Source of the DNA: a virus | Lineage: Duplodnaviria; Caudoviricetes | Virus record (IMG/VR): IMGVR_UViG_3300025723_000112 | Span: 1-34,192 of that record | DNA: 34,192 nt | Direction: 5' to 3' (one strand) | In this document: positions 18,180 to 27,855 of the stretch, in pieces | Layout of the letters: every line of letters starts with the position of its first letter | Position numbering within the stretch: the stretch's first letter is position 1 | Program-made: the position numbers and the translations under genes | The notes under the pieces: generated by a model | What the model was told of the DNA's origin: nothing | The model's database searches: none | Seen by the model: the letters and a program-made list of their open reading frames with translations, nothing else

Positions 18180-18982
18180 CCACGATTATTAAAAGCGTCA
18201 ATGTCAACATTGTTAATGTTGTTCTGTGTATAGATAGCATTAAAATCTATAAATGCATCCAGGCCCTTACTAAAGATACCGTGTGTGACACAGAGAATTA
18301 ATTTACCAGTAAATCCACGATTTCTAATAACTTGTGCCAATTCAATAAATGTACGACCGCCATCGCAGATATCATCAATAATAATAGCAGTATCTACACC
18401 TACCAATTGACCAATGGCAATTTCAGTTTTTACAATTTGCCCTGTGGCAACGTCACGAACTTTTTTAGCTTCTACTGCATCTAATCCAGTTTGCTTGGCT
18501 ACTTTATAAATCTTTTTTAGTGCGCCAGCATCAGGACTGACCAAAACGGTTTTGCCAGAAATCATGTTACCTGCAATTTCATTAGCCCAAATGTCTTCTT
18601 GACTAATGTTAACAAATACACCAGCGGGAAACATTGCACCTGCTACGTCGCTGTGAATATCCCAAGTGGTAACACCAACAAAGTTACACATTTTAATCAT
18701 GTCAACCACAACTTGCAAACCAAATGATTCGCCATCAGTCATTACACGATCTTGTCGACTAAAAGGAAAATATGGTACAGTCAATTCAATTGCAACATCG
18801 GAACCATACCAATGTCGTAATGCGTTGACTGCTAACATCATGTCAACAAGATCGTCTGAATTTTTAAAATCCATGCGAATTTTAATTGGAAAACTACTAG
18901 GGGTTTGGGGTGTCAGTTTAACACTGCGCTCGCCACCCGGAAATGTCCAGAATTTATTTTCAAAACCGTCTACTGTAATCAT
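18176..18982 (-). CDS. ribose-phosphate pyrophosphokinase-like enzyme (probable NARP1 Adps)
   Basis: FPGGE, PYFPFSRQDR, DIHS, VSPDAGA, IIIDDICDGGRTF, VTHGIFS. Confidence 0.9.
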   Translation of the reverse strand: MITVDGFENKFWTFPGGERSVKLTPQTPSSFPIKIRMDFKNSDDLVDMMLAVNALRHWYGSDVAIELTVPYFPFSRQDRVMTDGESFGLQVVVDMIKMCNFVGVTTWDIHSDVAGAMFPAGVFVNISQEDIWANEIAGNMISGKTVLVSPDAGALKKIYKVAKQTGLDAVEAKKVRDVATGQIVKTEIAIGQLVGVDTAIIIDDICDGGRTFIELAQVIRNRGFTGKLILCVTHGIFSKGLDAFIDFNAIYTQNNINNVDIDAFNNRG

Positions 18983-19010
18983 TGTAATTCCTATTTGATA
19001 AGTTACTAAC

Positions 19011-19039
19011 AGTATAGCTGATTTTGAATTAAAAGTCAA
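19011..19039 (-). promoter_or_regulatory. sigma70 promoter TTGACT-17-TATACT
   Basis: Hexamers with 17-nt spacer upstream of the prs-like gene. Confidence 0.7.
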
Positions 19040-19040
19040 T

Positions 19041-19088
19041 AAAAAACCTACCCGATACATTTCATATTTCAGAAAGCAGAGGGGTAGG
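19041..19088 (-). terminator. terminator-like stem with unusually large loop (possible small RNA)
   Basis: CCTACCC-28 nt-GGGTAGG-TTTTTT on the minus strand. Confidence 0.55.
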
Positions 19089-19100
19089 CCGTGTTACTAG

Positions 19101-19108
19101 TATTTATA
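19101..19108 (-). promoter_or_regulatory. exact T4 late consensus TATAAATA
   Basis: Overlaps the rubredoxin stop codon. Confidence 0.55.
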
Positions 19109-19235
19109 GTTCCATTAATTCGTAGTCATTTTTACTGACACCACACTCTGGGCAGTTTACTTCATCAGGTAAACTTAACCAGTCCGCTTCACTTAACGTG
19201 TGTCCGCACACGACACATACATAGACTCGTTCCAT
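19104..19235 (-). CDS. rubredoxin (43 aa, below ORF-track cut-off)
   Basis: MERVYVCVVCGHTLSEADWLSLPDEVNCPECGVSKNDYELMEL; CxxCG...W..LP....CPxCG; TAATG-coupled to rubrerythrin. Confidence 0.88.
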   Translation of the reverse strand: MERVYVCVVCGHTLSEADWLSLPDEVNCPECGVSKNDYELMEL

Positions 19236-19684
19236 TATAGACCTCCTAATACAGTTTGGTATGCTTCTGCATGACGTTGTTCAACTTTCGCTAATGCTGC
19301 AAAACGTTTTTCTGCTTTTGCTAGTACAGCCTTAAATTGCGCAGCGTGTTCTTTACTTTCGTCAATCTGGCTTTGTGCTTCAATAGCGGCATGTTGATTG
19401 CCTTCTTCAATTGCTTCAGCTTTCATTGTAGGATACATGTTAGTGTATTCTTCTGTTTCACCTTCGATAGCCATTTCCAAACATTCTTTAGTTGTTGGCT
19501 TTCCGACAAGCAATTCCAAATGACCCCACGCATGTAGTATTTCCTGATCTGCGGTATGCTCAAAATGTTTTGCTACTTCTTCGTATCCTTCAGCACGGGC
19601 CAATTTGGCAAAATAACGATATTTAATATGCGCCATACTTTCGCCAGCCAAGGCACTTTCAAGATTTTTTAATGTAATACTCAC
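19235..19684 (-). CDS. rbr: rubrerythrin (short di-iron form)
   Basis: NL..A.AGES.A..KY..FA..A..EG, QE..HA, AIEGE..E...MYP, ES.EHA; GTG start with AGGAG RBS. Confidence 0.9.
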   Translation of the reverse strand: MSITLKNLESALAGESMAHIKYRYFAKLARAEGYEEVAKHFEHTADQEILHAWGHLELLVGKPTTKECLEMAIEGETEEYTNMYPTMKAEAIEEGNQHAAIEAQSQIDESKEHAAQFKAVLAKAEKRFAALAKVEQRHAEAYQTVLGGL

Positions 19685-19731
19685 GCTGTTTCTCCTTTAA
19701 TAAATGTATTAGCGTTACTACTAATATATAC

Positions 19732-19819
19732 ATTATATATCCTTTTTTAACCTATTGTCAATGCATTTTTAATAGATTTTAACTAATATATTTTTATGGC
19801 AACAATAGGAAAAATTTAT
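19732..19819 (-). promoter_or_regulatory. rubrerythrin promoter TTGACA-18-TATAAT with upstream OxyR-like box
   Basis: -10 at 19732-19737, -35 at 19756-19761; ATAG-N7-CTAA-N7-TTAT-N7-ATAG-N7-TTAT at 19772-19819. Confidence 0.55.
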
Positions 19820-19827
19820 TGCAGTCA

Positions 19828-19854
19828 ATAAAATGGGCTACATTACTGTAGCCC
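19828..19854 (-). terminator. intrinsic terminator after ompA
   Basis: GGGCTACA-GTAA-TGTAGCCC followed by ATTTTAT. Confidence 0.8.
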
Positions 19855-19902
19855 GAGTAACCCTCCAAAGTGTGCTTCTACGAGAGGCAGGGTAGGGTGT
19901 TG

Positions 19903-20442
19903 TTAACGGGTGGTACCAATTACTTCAATTTCAACACGACGATTTTTAGCACGACCTTCGGCAGTTTTATTGCTAGCTATAGGTTTACTTTCGCCTTTAC
20001 TTTCAGTATAAACATTATTTATACCTTTTGAAGACAAGTATGCTGCAACTGCATCAGCACGACGTTTGCCAAGTTTCATATTGTAAGCATCTGTACCCAC
20101 GCTGTCGGTATGTCCAACTGCAATAAGGATATCAATCTTAACAGCGGCTAACTTAACTGCCATGTCATCAAGTACTGCACGTCCTGCTGGTTTAATGATT
20201 GACTTGTCAAAATCAAATAATGTTTCAGCTTGCAGACTAACTTTAGTTGCAACCAATCCAGCAGGAGCAGGTTTAGCAACTGCATCGCAGCCAACGACTG
20301 CATCAGCGGTAGTATAGTAACCAGTATGTAAACATAAATCACTGCCGGTTTTAACTACGTTGCCATCACCAGCAGTTACATATCCACCAGCAATAGCTTG
20401 AGCTGATACTACTGCTAAAATAATTGATAAAAATTTATTCAT
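19903..20442 (-). CDS. OmpA-family peptidoglycan-binding protein
   Basis: Signal peptide; FDFDKS, GHTDSVG..YN..L..RRA, EGRAKNRRVEI; no beta-barrel, as in betaproteobacterial OmpA. Confidence 0.9.
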   Translation of the reverse strand: MNKFLSIILAVVSAQAIAGGYVTAGDGNVVKTGSDLCLHTGYYTTADAVVGCDAVAKPAPAGLVATKVSLQAETLFDFDKSIIKPAGRAVLDDMAVKLAAVKIDILIAVGHTDSVGTDAYNMKLGKRRADAVAAYLSSKGINNVYTESKGESKPIASNKTAEGRAKNRRVEIEVIGTTR

Positions 20443-20474
20443 TTGTATTTCCTTAATAAAATTTGTGTATGATT

Positions 20475-20500
20475 AAAAAGCCCCTTATTCGGGGCTTTTT
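20475..20500. terminator. intrinsic terminator after the porin
   Basis: AAAAAGCCCC-TTATTC-GGGGCTTTTT. Confidence 0.85.
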
Positions 20501-20528
20501 GATACTACATAATATAACTTACTTACTT

Positions 20529-21683
20529 TCAGAATGAGTGTCTCATTCCTAATCCATACACAGTACTTTGTGCATCTTGGATAAACGCATAGTTATTAGC
20601 TTGGCTAATATAACCATATAAGTTAGTACGCTTGCTTAGATCATATTGATAACCTGCTGAGTAAATTGACAAGTTAGCAGTATTAGCCATTGAACTTACT
20701 GGCTGAGCATATTGGAAACTAGCAAATAACTTTTGCGTACCACTTAACGGAACAGTAGTACCTACCATGTAGCTGTTAGCACCAAAATTTGGATCTAACA
20801 ATACACCACCTACGGCATTGCCATATGTGCCAGCACTGAATGTTGAGTCAGCGGCAGCTTGGCCATTAAACCAACCGTTGCGTGTTTGGCTGTATGCCAA
20901 TGATACTTTAGCAACTGACAAATCATACATGCCGCCCAGGATCCACTGTGTTGGATTTGAGTAGTTAGACAATGTAACATTGCTTGCACCATACATAACA
21001 TCATACGAAGCAACTGCTGTCAATGGTCCATTAACATACTGACCACCTAATGTCAATACACGACCATTGTTGTTAGTGGCAAAGTTACTGGTATTGGCTG
21101 CGACAACTGTTGGATTTGTTGGGTCAGCGTAAACATTGGTCATACCGTTAGCAAAACTATAACCAATACCGCCAGTTAAACCAGAAAAAGTTGGAGTCTG
21201 ATATTTCAACATGTTGTTATAACGAGTTGTGTTAGCAGTACCAAAAGTTGTACCAATGTTAGCTTGACCAAATCCTTGGAAGAATGGATCAATTGCGCCC
21301 ACATAGTCAGTGGCAAAGTTGTATTGTTTACCAGCGCGGACATAACCCCAGTTGCTGTTTTCTAAACCAATCCATGCTTGACGACCAAATAGTGCGCCAC
21401 TTTGTCCGCTTACTCCAGAACCTAAGTTGAAGCCTGCTTCGAGATCAAATGTAGCACGAAGACCTGAACCTAAATCTTCACTACCTTTGAATCCAAAACG
21501 GTTACCACTTTGGGTACCGTTTGCCATACCATAATTACTTGATGAGTAATTGGGTGCGCTGATTGATGCGCCTTGTACACCTGCATCCACGATACCATAA
21601 AGGGTTACGGATGTTTGTGCTTGTGCTGTGCCTAAGCCCAGTGCTAATAGAGCTGTTGCCAGCATTTTTTGAGTAAAGTTCAT
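20529..21683 (-). CDS. Gram-negative general porin (Burkholderiales/Neisseria type)
   Basis: Signal peptide AQA, SVTLYGIVD, RFGFKGSEDLGSGL, FGRQAWIGL, YDLSKRT, C-terminal Phe. Confidence 0.92.
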   Translation of the reverse strand: MNFTQKMLATALLALGLGTAQAQTSVTLYGIVDAGVQGASISAPNYSSSNYGMANGTQSGNRFGFKGSEDLGSGLRATFDLEAGFNLGSGVSGQSGALFGRQAWIGLENSNWGYVRAGKQYNFATDYVGAIDPFFQGFGQANIGTTFGTANTTRYNNMLKYQTPTFSGLTGGIGYSFANGMTNVYADPTNPTVVAANTSNFATNNNGRVLTLGGQYVNGPLTAVASYDVMYGASNVTLSNYSNPTQWILGGMYDLSVAKVSLAYSQTRNGWFNGQAAADSTFSAGTYGNAVGGVLLDPNFGANSYMVGTTVPLSGTQKLFASFQYAQPVSSMANTANLSIYSAGYQYDLSKRTNLYGYISQANNYAFIQDAQSTVYGLGMRHSF

Positions 21684-21824
21684 TTACTTCTCCTTTTTAA
21701 AGTTACTGCTTTGTGAGTATATTATATAGTGAAAATATTTACCCACCAAAAATTTTGGATAACGTAGTACTTATTTGGGTTAAGTACGTATATTATAAAA
21801 TAATATTAGTAGTTTATTGTAAGT

Positions 21825-23292
21825 TTAATGATAATATTCTGTATCAACACTACTAAAAACAATACATCCTCGACTGTGTGCTTCATCTAATCCTGTCTGT
21901 ATCGATGCTTCAGAAAGAATTTCAATCATTTCATTTATTTCTTTTATAGACAAATGTTCTGCGCTAATTAAACCTTCAACTACAGCCTCGGCTATCATCA
22001 ATCGATCTTCAGTCATGTTAGTTTTTCTGTGCCAGTAAATAAAAAAGTACTGCTTGTGCATCAATAATAACTATGTCGCTGGGATATCGATTAGAAACGC
22101 TAGTCTGTCCATTAGGTCTCATTACAGAAAGTTTTACCATTTTGGGGGTAAACCCAATAACTTTCGCAATGATCAAACCATTGGCATTGTATGCTGAGGT
22201 AGATGCTACGCAGTCATCTATACTTAATAGACGACCTATACGATCTTTGTGTTCAGGGATAGTTTTCATATAGTATTAATTGGCGTATTTAACAATCATA
22301 TGCTCAATTACCAAATAGTAACTCCAAAACGGAATTACTACAGCAAAGAATGTACTCCAAAAACCTTTGGCCATAACAATGCCTGCAATCCAAGCAATAA
22401 ACCAACCTGATTTAACTAGATTTTTCATAATTATTGATTATATGTTGCAATTCGATAATTGATGTAGGTTAAAGCTGCATATATGCTGGCCATCAACCAT
22501 TCTGCGTTTAAAATCATTATGAATACTGTAACACTTACCACACCCAATGCAAACCACCCAACTTGGCGTTCGTATGGCTCAATCCAATCTAAAATTTTAG
22601 TATACAGCAATATAAGATATTTCATTTTTTTCCTTAGTCTAAGTTAAATCTTGCAGGTCTGCCGCATCGTTCACAACGACAAAAATGTACTTGACCTATC
22701 ATTCGATCACCGCGAAAAGATTCAAACTCTTCTATAGTGATCCATTTATGCCAACAGCCCTGCAGTAAAAATTCCCACAACCTAATCATAGTCCTATCCC
22801 TGTGTGACTTGCAGCCCAAATAATAAATGCAAACGGCAAAAATGCCCCAAACAATACAATTAGAAAAAAGAATATAATTTTAAACATTTTTCCTAGTTAG
22901 ATTTGGTTGAAACATTAGCCAACATATTATAGTATGAATCTGAAATAGTCACAACAGTAGATGGCACAATTGATCCAGATTCAACTATCAATCCATGCAC
23001 AGGTTTACTGTTAATAGGCGACTCTACACTGTTATATGGTGTATTTCCGCCGGTTTTGTTTATAGATTCTATTTTCATTTGATATCTTTTTTTACCATAC
23101 CGTGGAATCTGTAATATTCACTGTAGTGTCAAAATCCTTTGCAGGATCAAACATGGTAAATTTAACGGTTACTGATTCACCAATGTCATTTTTTGATTCC
23201 GACTCCAAAGAAAACCATGTCGCTTTGGGAAATTTTGCGGCCAAGTCGGCCAATTGTAATACCTGTTTTCTTGTTAATGCAAATTCTGTCAT
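21825..23292 (-). other. cluster of small hypothetical genes: 21825-22016, 22018-22269, 22276-22428 (TM), 22431-22625 (TM), 22634-22789 (C.H.W...CxxCG), 22786-22887 (TM), 22893-23078, 23092-23292
   Basis: ORF track plus manual translation; tightly packed, same strand. Confidence 0.65.
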
Positions 23293-23762
23293 ACCACCTC
23301 CTTTGAGTTTTTATATATCCATACTATGTGTGACATCAATCGGGCTCGCCGGTCACCTAACTCGGCCAGCACGCGAACTTGATTAACGGGTAAATTGAGA
23401 TAATCAGCTGATTCCGGCCAAGCAACTAAGGCCATTATAGCAGAATAAGCCAACTCTCTTACCTCATACCTAATGGCACCCAACGCCTCATTAAAGGACG
23501 CATCCCAAGCCGCATTCAACACCGCATCTCCGACTGCTGCACGGCCTACATCATACGCCTCATCCCGCGCCGCAGAAAAATCTGCATTCCAAGGCGTAGT
23601 CAAATAACAGGCTTTACTCCAGTTAACTGTATTGTCAAATAGATCAGCTAGTATACGATCTATATGCTCTGCATTAGGCAAATGATTCCACGCTGTAGTC
23701 ACTGTAATTCTTCCGCTGTTAAGCTCGTCTAAGAGTTTTAATCTGAACCAATTTGCAACCAT
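23289..23762 (-). CDS. hypothetical Ala/Trp-rich phage protein
   Basis: W.HLPNA.HIDRILA and AAWDA-type segments; start position uncertain. Confidence 0.65.
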   Translation of the reverse strand: MVANWFRLKLLDELNSGRITVTTAWNHLPNAEHIDRILADLFDNTVNWSKACYLTTPWNADFSAARDEAYDVGRAAVGDAVLNAAWDASFNEALGAIRYEVRELAYSAIMALVAWPESADYLNLPVNQVRVLAELGDRRARLMSHIVWIYKNSKEVV

Positions 23763-23931
23763 CGCAAGTTCTCGTCAGATATGTATGTTTGTATACTCTT
23801 CCATTCTCAAATTCTTCTTGGGGGTCTGAATATTTTTCCCAATTGTGTATTCCCATATAACACCATAGTCTAGTAACCAATCGTTTCTCACCCTTCAATG
23901 TCTTAAATGTATTTGTAGATTCATTCATCAT
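23719..23931 (-). CDS. small putative zinc-binding protein (DUF1660-like)
   Basis: C..G.H.W ... R.C..C. Confidence 0.55.
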   Translation of the reverse strand: MMNESTNTFKTLKGEKRLVTRLWCYMGIHNWEKYSDPQEEFENGRVYKHTYLTRTCDGCKLVQIKTLRRA

Positions 23932-23958
23932 GCACCGTACCAAGTTAATATAACGACT

Positions 23959-23987
23959 ATTTTAGTAGATAGGGATTTATTTGTCAA
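23959..23987 (-). promoter_or_regulatory. sigma70 promoter TTGACA-17-TAAAAT
   Basis: Hexamers with 17-nt spacer in the intergenic gap. Confidence 0.7.
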
Positions 23988-23988
23988 C

Positions 23989-25177
23989 CTATGATTTTAG
24001 ATTATTCCACGCTTTACTTGCAGCAAGTTCACTATCGGACACGGCTGCTACCAGTCTAATCCAATCTTTTTGTAAACATAATAACACGATATTTTGATAC
24101 TCAGCAGGCATATTTTTGCTAAAACTAAGACTTGCCCTGCTGTATACTATATTATTCTCAGTTATGAAAAAATCTGGGTCCTGCTTATGAAGCAGTTTAA
24201 TTTCTGATACTATTTGAGTAATAGTCATTGACTGGCCTTCAATAAATCAAGTGTTACGTGTGGGTCATTGAGATCGCGAACCATGGCCTGCATTGCCAGG
24301 GTCTCTCTCTCCAAAATCTGACCAATTTTATACATTAGCGTAATCCCGCCCTGTGGTCTCCAGCCTCGCTGCATCATTTCATTCACCTCAGTGGATAAGG
24401 GAAGATTCTTACTGGGCCCAGATTGAACCCATTTGGGGTTTGTCAGCACATACCCATAGACGATAGTGTATTCCATATTACTGAGCTTTGGCTAATCGAT
24501 TATTTCTAGCATTATCCCAGGACCAAGTTAAGTCAGGACTGTGATTGTACAACCCGCTGATCCAGCCACCTTCGGCAATATGTGGTTCAAAGAAATCATA
24601 CTTCACAGTCCAGCGTGATTTGTCTGTAAACACTGCATCACAGTCATGCAGCAAAGGCAATAATTGCCATTGTGCCACTAAGCATTCAATTACATTGGCC
24701 CAGTGTTGTTGTGCCCATTCTGTCTTAGCTCGTGCCAGTGCTGATCTAGCACTGTCTAGTCTTCGGCCTAATACCTCAATATTGTCGCCAAGATAACGAT
24801 AGCTTTTCATTCTCATGTTGCATCCTTTAAATTGCGTCAGTGAATAAATCTGTTGGATCCAAGTCATCTGCCGCCGGGTTCAAAATAGGCGTCACTGTGA
24901 CTTGGTAGTTGTTGGCAATGTTAACTGCCAACATTCGAATCAGCTGTGCTACCGCACCATCGTCCATAGTCAAAGTCATATGAGCAGAATGTTGCCGCCC
25001 TACAGACAGTTCAGTCTTACCATCAGTAGTTTGCCCAATTCGGTAACAAGATGAACGATCTTCATCTACGCTATCATCTGCGTCATCCTGTAGAGTTTCT
25101 TCTACATTGTCAATCACTTCGGTTGTAGTGTTTTTTGAATTAGTGTCGTAGCCGGCTCTATTAAAAATTCCAAACAT
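23989..25177 (-). other. four hypothetical genes: 23989-24228, 24225-24476 (DUF1737-like), 24478-24816, 24827-25177
   Basis: ORF track; VNE.M..GW.PQGG in the second gene. Confidence 0.65.
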
Positions 25178-25207
25178 CAGTTAACTCCAAATAGTTTAAG
25201 TACAGCT

Positions 25208-25236
25208 ATTATAGTTTATCTTAGCCATATTGTCAA
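25208..25236 (-). promoter_or_regulatory. consensus sigma70 promoter TTGACA-17-TATAAT
   Basis: Perfect hexamers; the -35 contains the upstream TGA stop. Confidence 0.8.
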
Positions 25237-27389
25237 CACCATTTTATAATAAATGAAAAGCAGTCACGCTTAGAATCAAAATAAAAGATATATTCGCCTT
25301 TGATAGACGATATATCGTTATGTATTTGTTGCCATGTCCAGTTGGATTTAACTTCTTGTCTACACCATTCGATTATAATGTCAATTTCATCCTTGCGTTT
25401 TTTAATGGTCCTAGCATGTGCATAGCCTGTTCTTATTGACAATATATAAACTCCCCGAACTTTAATCTAAACAATACTGCATCATGCGCACTTTTAAAAT
25501 AAAAAGTTAGGGCATTTTGTGTGGTACCTGTTATATATCTATCGCCCGGTAAGCCGAACAATTCTAATGTTTGACAACAAATTTCATTCCAGTGAACTAT
25601 ATTGTCATTATCGTCAAATAATGATATTGAGACTGATTGTTGAAACTCAACATTTCCCATGATTTTATAGTTGGTATTATGCAACATAGTTGCTTCTTAT
25701 GTGCGCATCAGCCGCACCCTGATTCAGAGCATAGAACAAAATATTATCTGTAATATTAAACTTATTACAAAAACTCTGACCATATCTCAATCCACGCAAT
25801 GCATCAAATAACGCTTCCTTACGCCAATCTTCATATTCTTGAGGAGTGATTTGTAACCGAACGTGATTATATGTAAGATTGGTAAAATGTGTACCGACTA
25901 TATTTCCCCAAACTGTCATTCTAATCCCACAACCCTTGGTAATATTTTCCAAATAGTCGGAATCCATTTTGTATACGATTTTCAACAGCTTGCATGCCAT
26001 CGTAATCGCATTTATAAGTATGGTTTGGACCCTCGTTCCATTGATAAAATTTTGCTTGATCCTCTGGCATTGGGTTACCTTCTCGATCAACAGGTAACCA
26101 TGCCATATCAAAGTCGCCTGAGCGGAATGCATCTTGCCAGCTGTCATCAATTTTGCATTGAAAGGCAAAAATCATTTCCTCCATGACCCAATCCCATCGT
26201 GAGAAATGATTTCCATCAACATCATATTCATTTTCTTTTGGAGGAGCTGTGGTACTACGTAAATGCTCAGGAACATCTTCGTCATCTACAAATGGAGCAC
26301 CGTGTTTTGTTTTGTTTAACTGTATCAGCATGGGATGAATAATATGCGCCAATGTACGATCCATAGACCAAGTATCCCAACGATCAAGTTTAACTTTAAT
26401 CTTTTGTTTGCGTTTTGATTCCACCCATTGGAAGAATTTCTGTAGCCAAGAGACTTCATCTTCGCCGCCAGCTAACCAAGTACCAAAATTATGAACCCAT
26501 TTAGCATTATGTTCATAACCCCATTCATCTTTTTCTTTCTTGGCCCAAAAGCACAACAGCTCAGCTAATTGATAGCAACCGAACCACGACTTATATTTTC
26601 CAATCACAACTTTCATTCATCGACTCCGATATTGACTACATTCTTTACACCGCTTTTAACTGCATTAATATCTGCTCTGCCCTTAGTTTCTTTCATAACA
26701 TCGCCGATGGTCTTTGATTGTATACCAAGCATTGTTGTTTCAAGATTTTGAAATTCATCATCTGACAATATACACCCCCACCCACCGTCGGGAAGTTTGA
26801 CGAAGGGTAAAGAAATTTTGTATTTGAAGAAATTAAAAAGTAATGTCTTTGTAATCATGTTTACCAACTCCCGTCATCTATCCAAATACCTATAGAAATA
26901 CACAACCAGTTCGCATTGCATGACCACCAGTGTATATCTGGCCATTCATGATTTTTTGCATATACTCCTACGTCTGGCACCCACTGCCAGTTTACTGGAT
27001 TCAGTGTTATTGTAACAGATAATCCTGAATTGCACAACCACTTAACTATGTTTGTCATTTCTAGCTTCTTTAAATTCCGTAACATCTTTAACCGCAGATA
27101 ATAATGCAGTAGCATAATTGACTGTCTGCTGCTGGGTCATAATAATACTGGCCTCATATTCTATATATCCACGGGTCAATAGACGCCAAATAATCGCAAA
27201 GCGATTCGTGCTCCACCATTTAGTTTTTTGTTTGGTAAAGGTCGTAACGGTAACTGAATCATCGTCTGCTTCTACACAAACATTGTGTTCGCAATCTGCA
27301 CCACAGCATCTACATGGAACAGTATACATTTTTGTATCACCCCAGGTATGGTGTGTCAGTATGCCCTCTGCTGGTATTTGTGCGTTCAT
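25233..27389 (-). other. hypothetical genes: 25233-25442, 25433-25687, 25677-25919, 25921-26616 (231 aa, Trp-rich), 26613-26858, 26861-27058, 27042-27389
   Basis: ORF track; coupled stops and starts. Confidence 0.65.
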
Positions 27390-27616
27390 TCTTCAACTCC
27401 AAAATCTTTTTTAATCCAATAAGCACAATCTTTTGCCAATGCACCATCGCCTGGTAGTCCTGCACATTTGGCGGCCATCTCTAGGCAAATCTCAGCACAT
27501 TCCCCTGCAATCAACTGGGCAAACTTTTCAATGTTGAGTTCGTTTGCTGGGCCATCATCACCATCATAGTCTGGATTAGTGGCCTGCCTCATTAGTTCTT
27601 GAATTCGTTCATTCAT
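27386..27616 (-). CDS. MNERI-family small protein
   Basis: MNERIQELMRQA...EKFAQLIAGECA...IKKDFGVEE. Confidence 0.8.
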   Translation of the reverse strand: MNERIQELMRQATNPDYDGDDGPANELNIEKFAQLIAGECAEICLEMAAKCAGLPGDGALAKDCAYWIKKDFGVEE

Positions 27617-27855
27617 TATTCATCCTCACAAACATCATCTGGAAAATCCAGTACCAATCTATCGTGATCTGTTGGATCATCAAACACAAAGAAGTCCCAG
27701 GGGAAATCCTCACTGGTACAACGATATGAACTTGTTGGAATCCACTCGTGATAGAATTTCTTGTATATTTCACCAAAGCCACGACACCGATAGCCTCGGC
27801 TGCCATCATCTTTAATCCACCAATAAAAAGTAATGGATTCTTTATCGTAGTTCAT
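27616..27855 (-). CDS. hypothetical protein
   Basis: 79-aa ORF from the track. Confidence 0.65.
   Translation of the reverse strand: MNYDKESITFYWWIKDDGSRGYRCRGFGEIYKKFYHEWIPTSSYRCTSEDFPWDFFVFDDPTDHDRLVLDFPDDVCEDE

Noticed and set aside
25920-26168. Long N-terminal extension of the 25677 ORF overlapping the 231-aa gene
   Set aside because: An ATG at 25919 just after the upstream stop is the more plausible start; track extensions at 7850, 18179, 19060 and 32030 were trimmed for similar reasons
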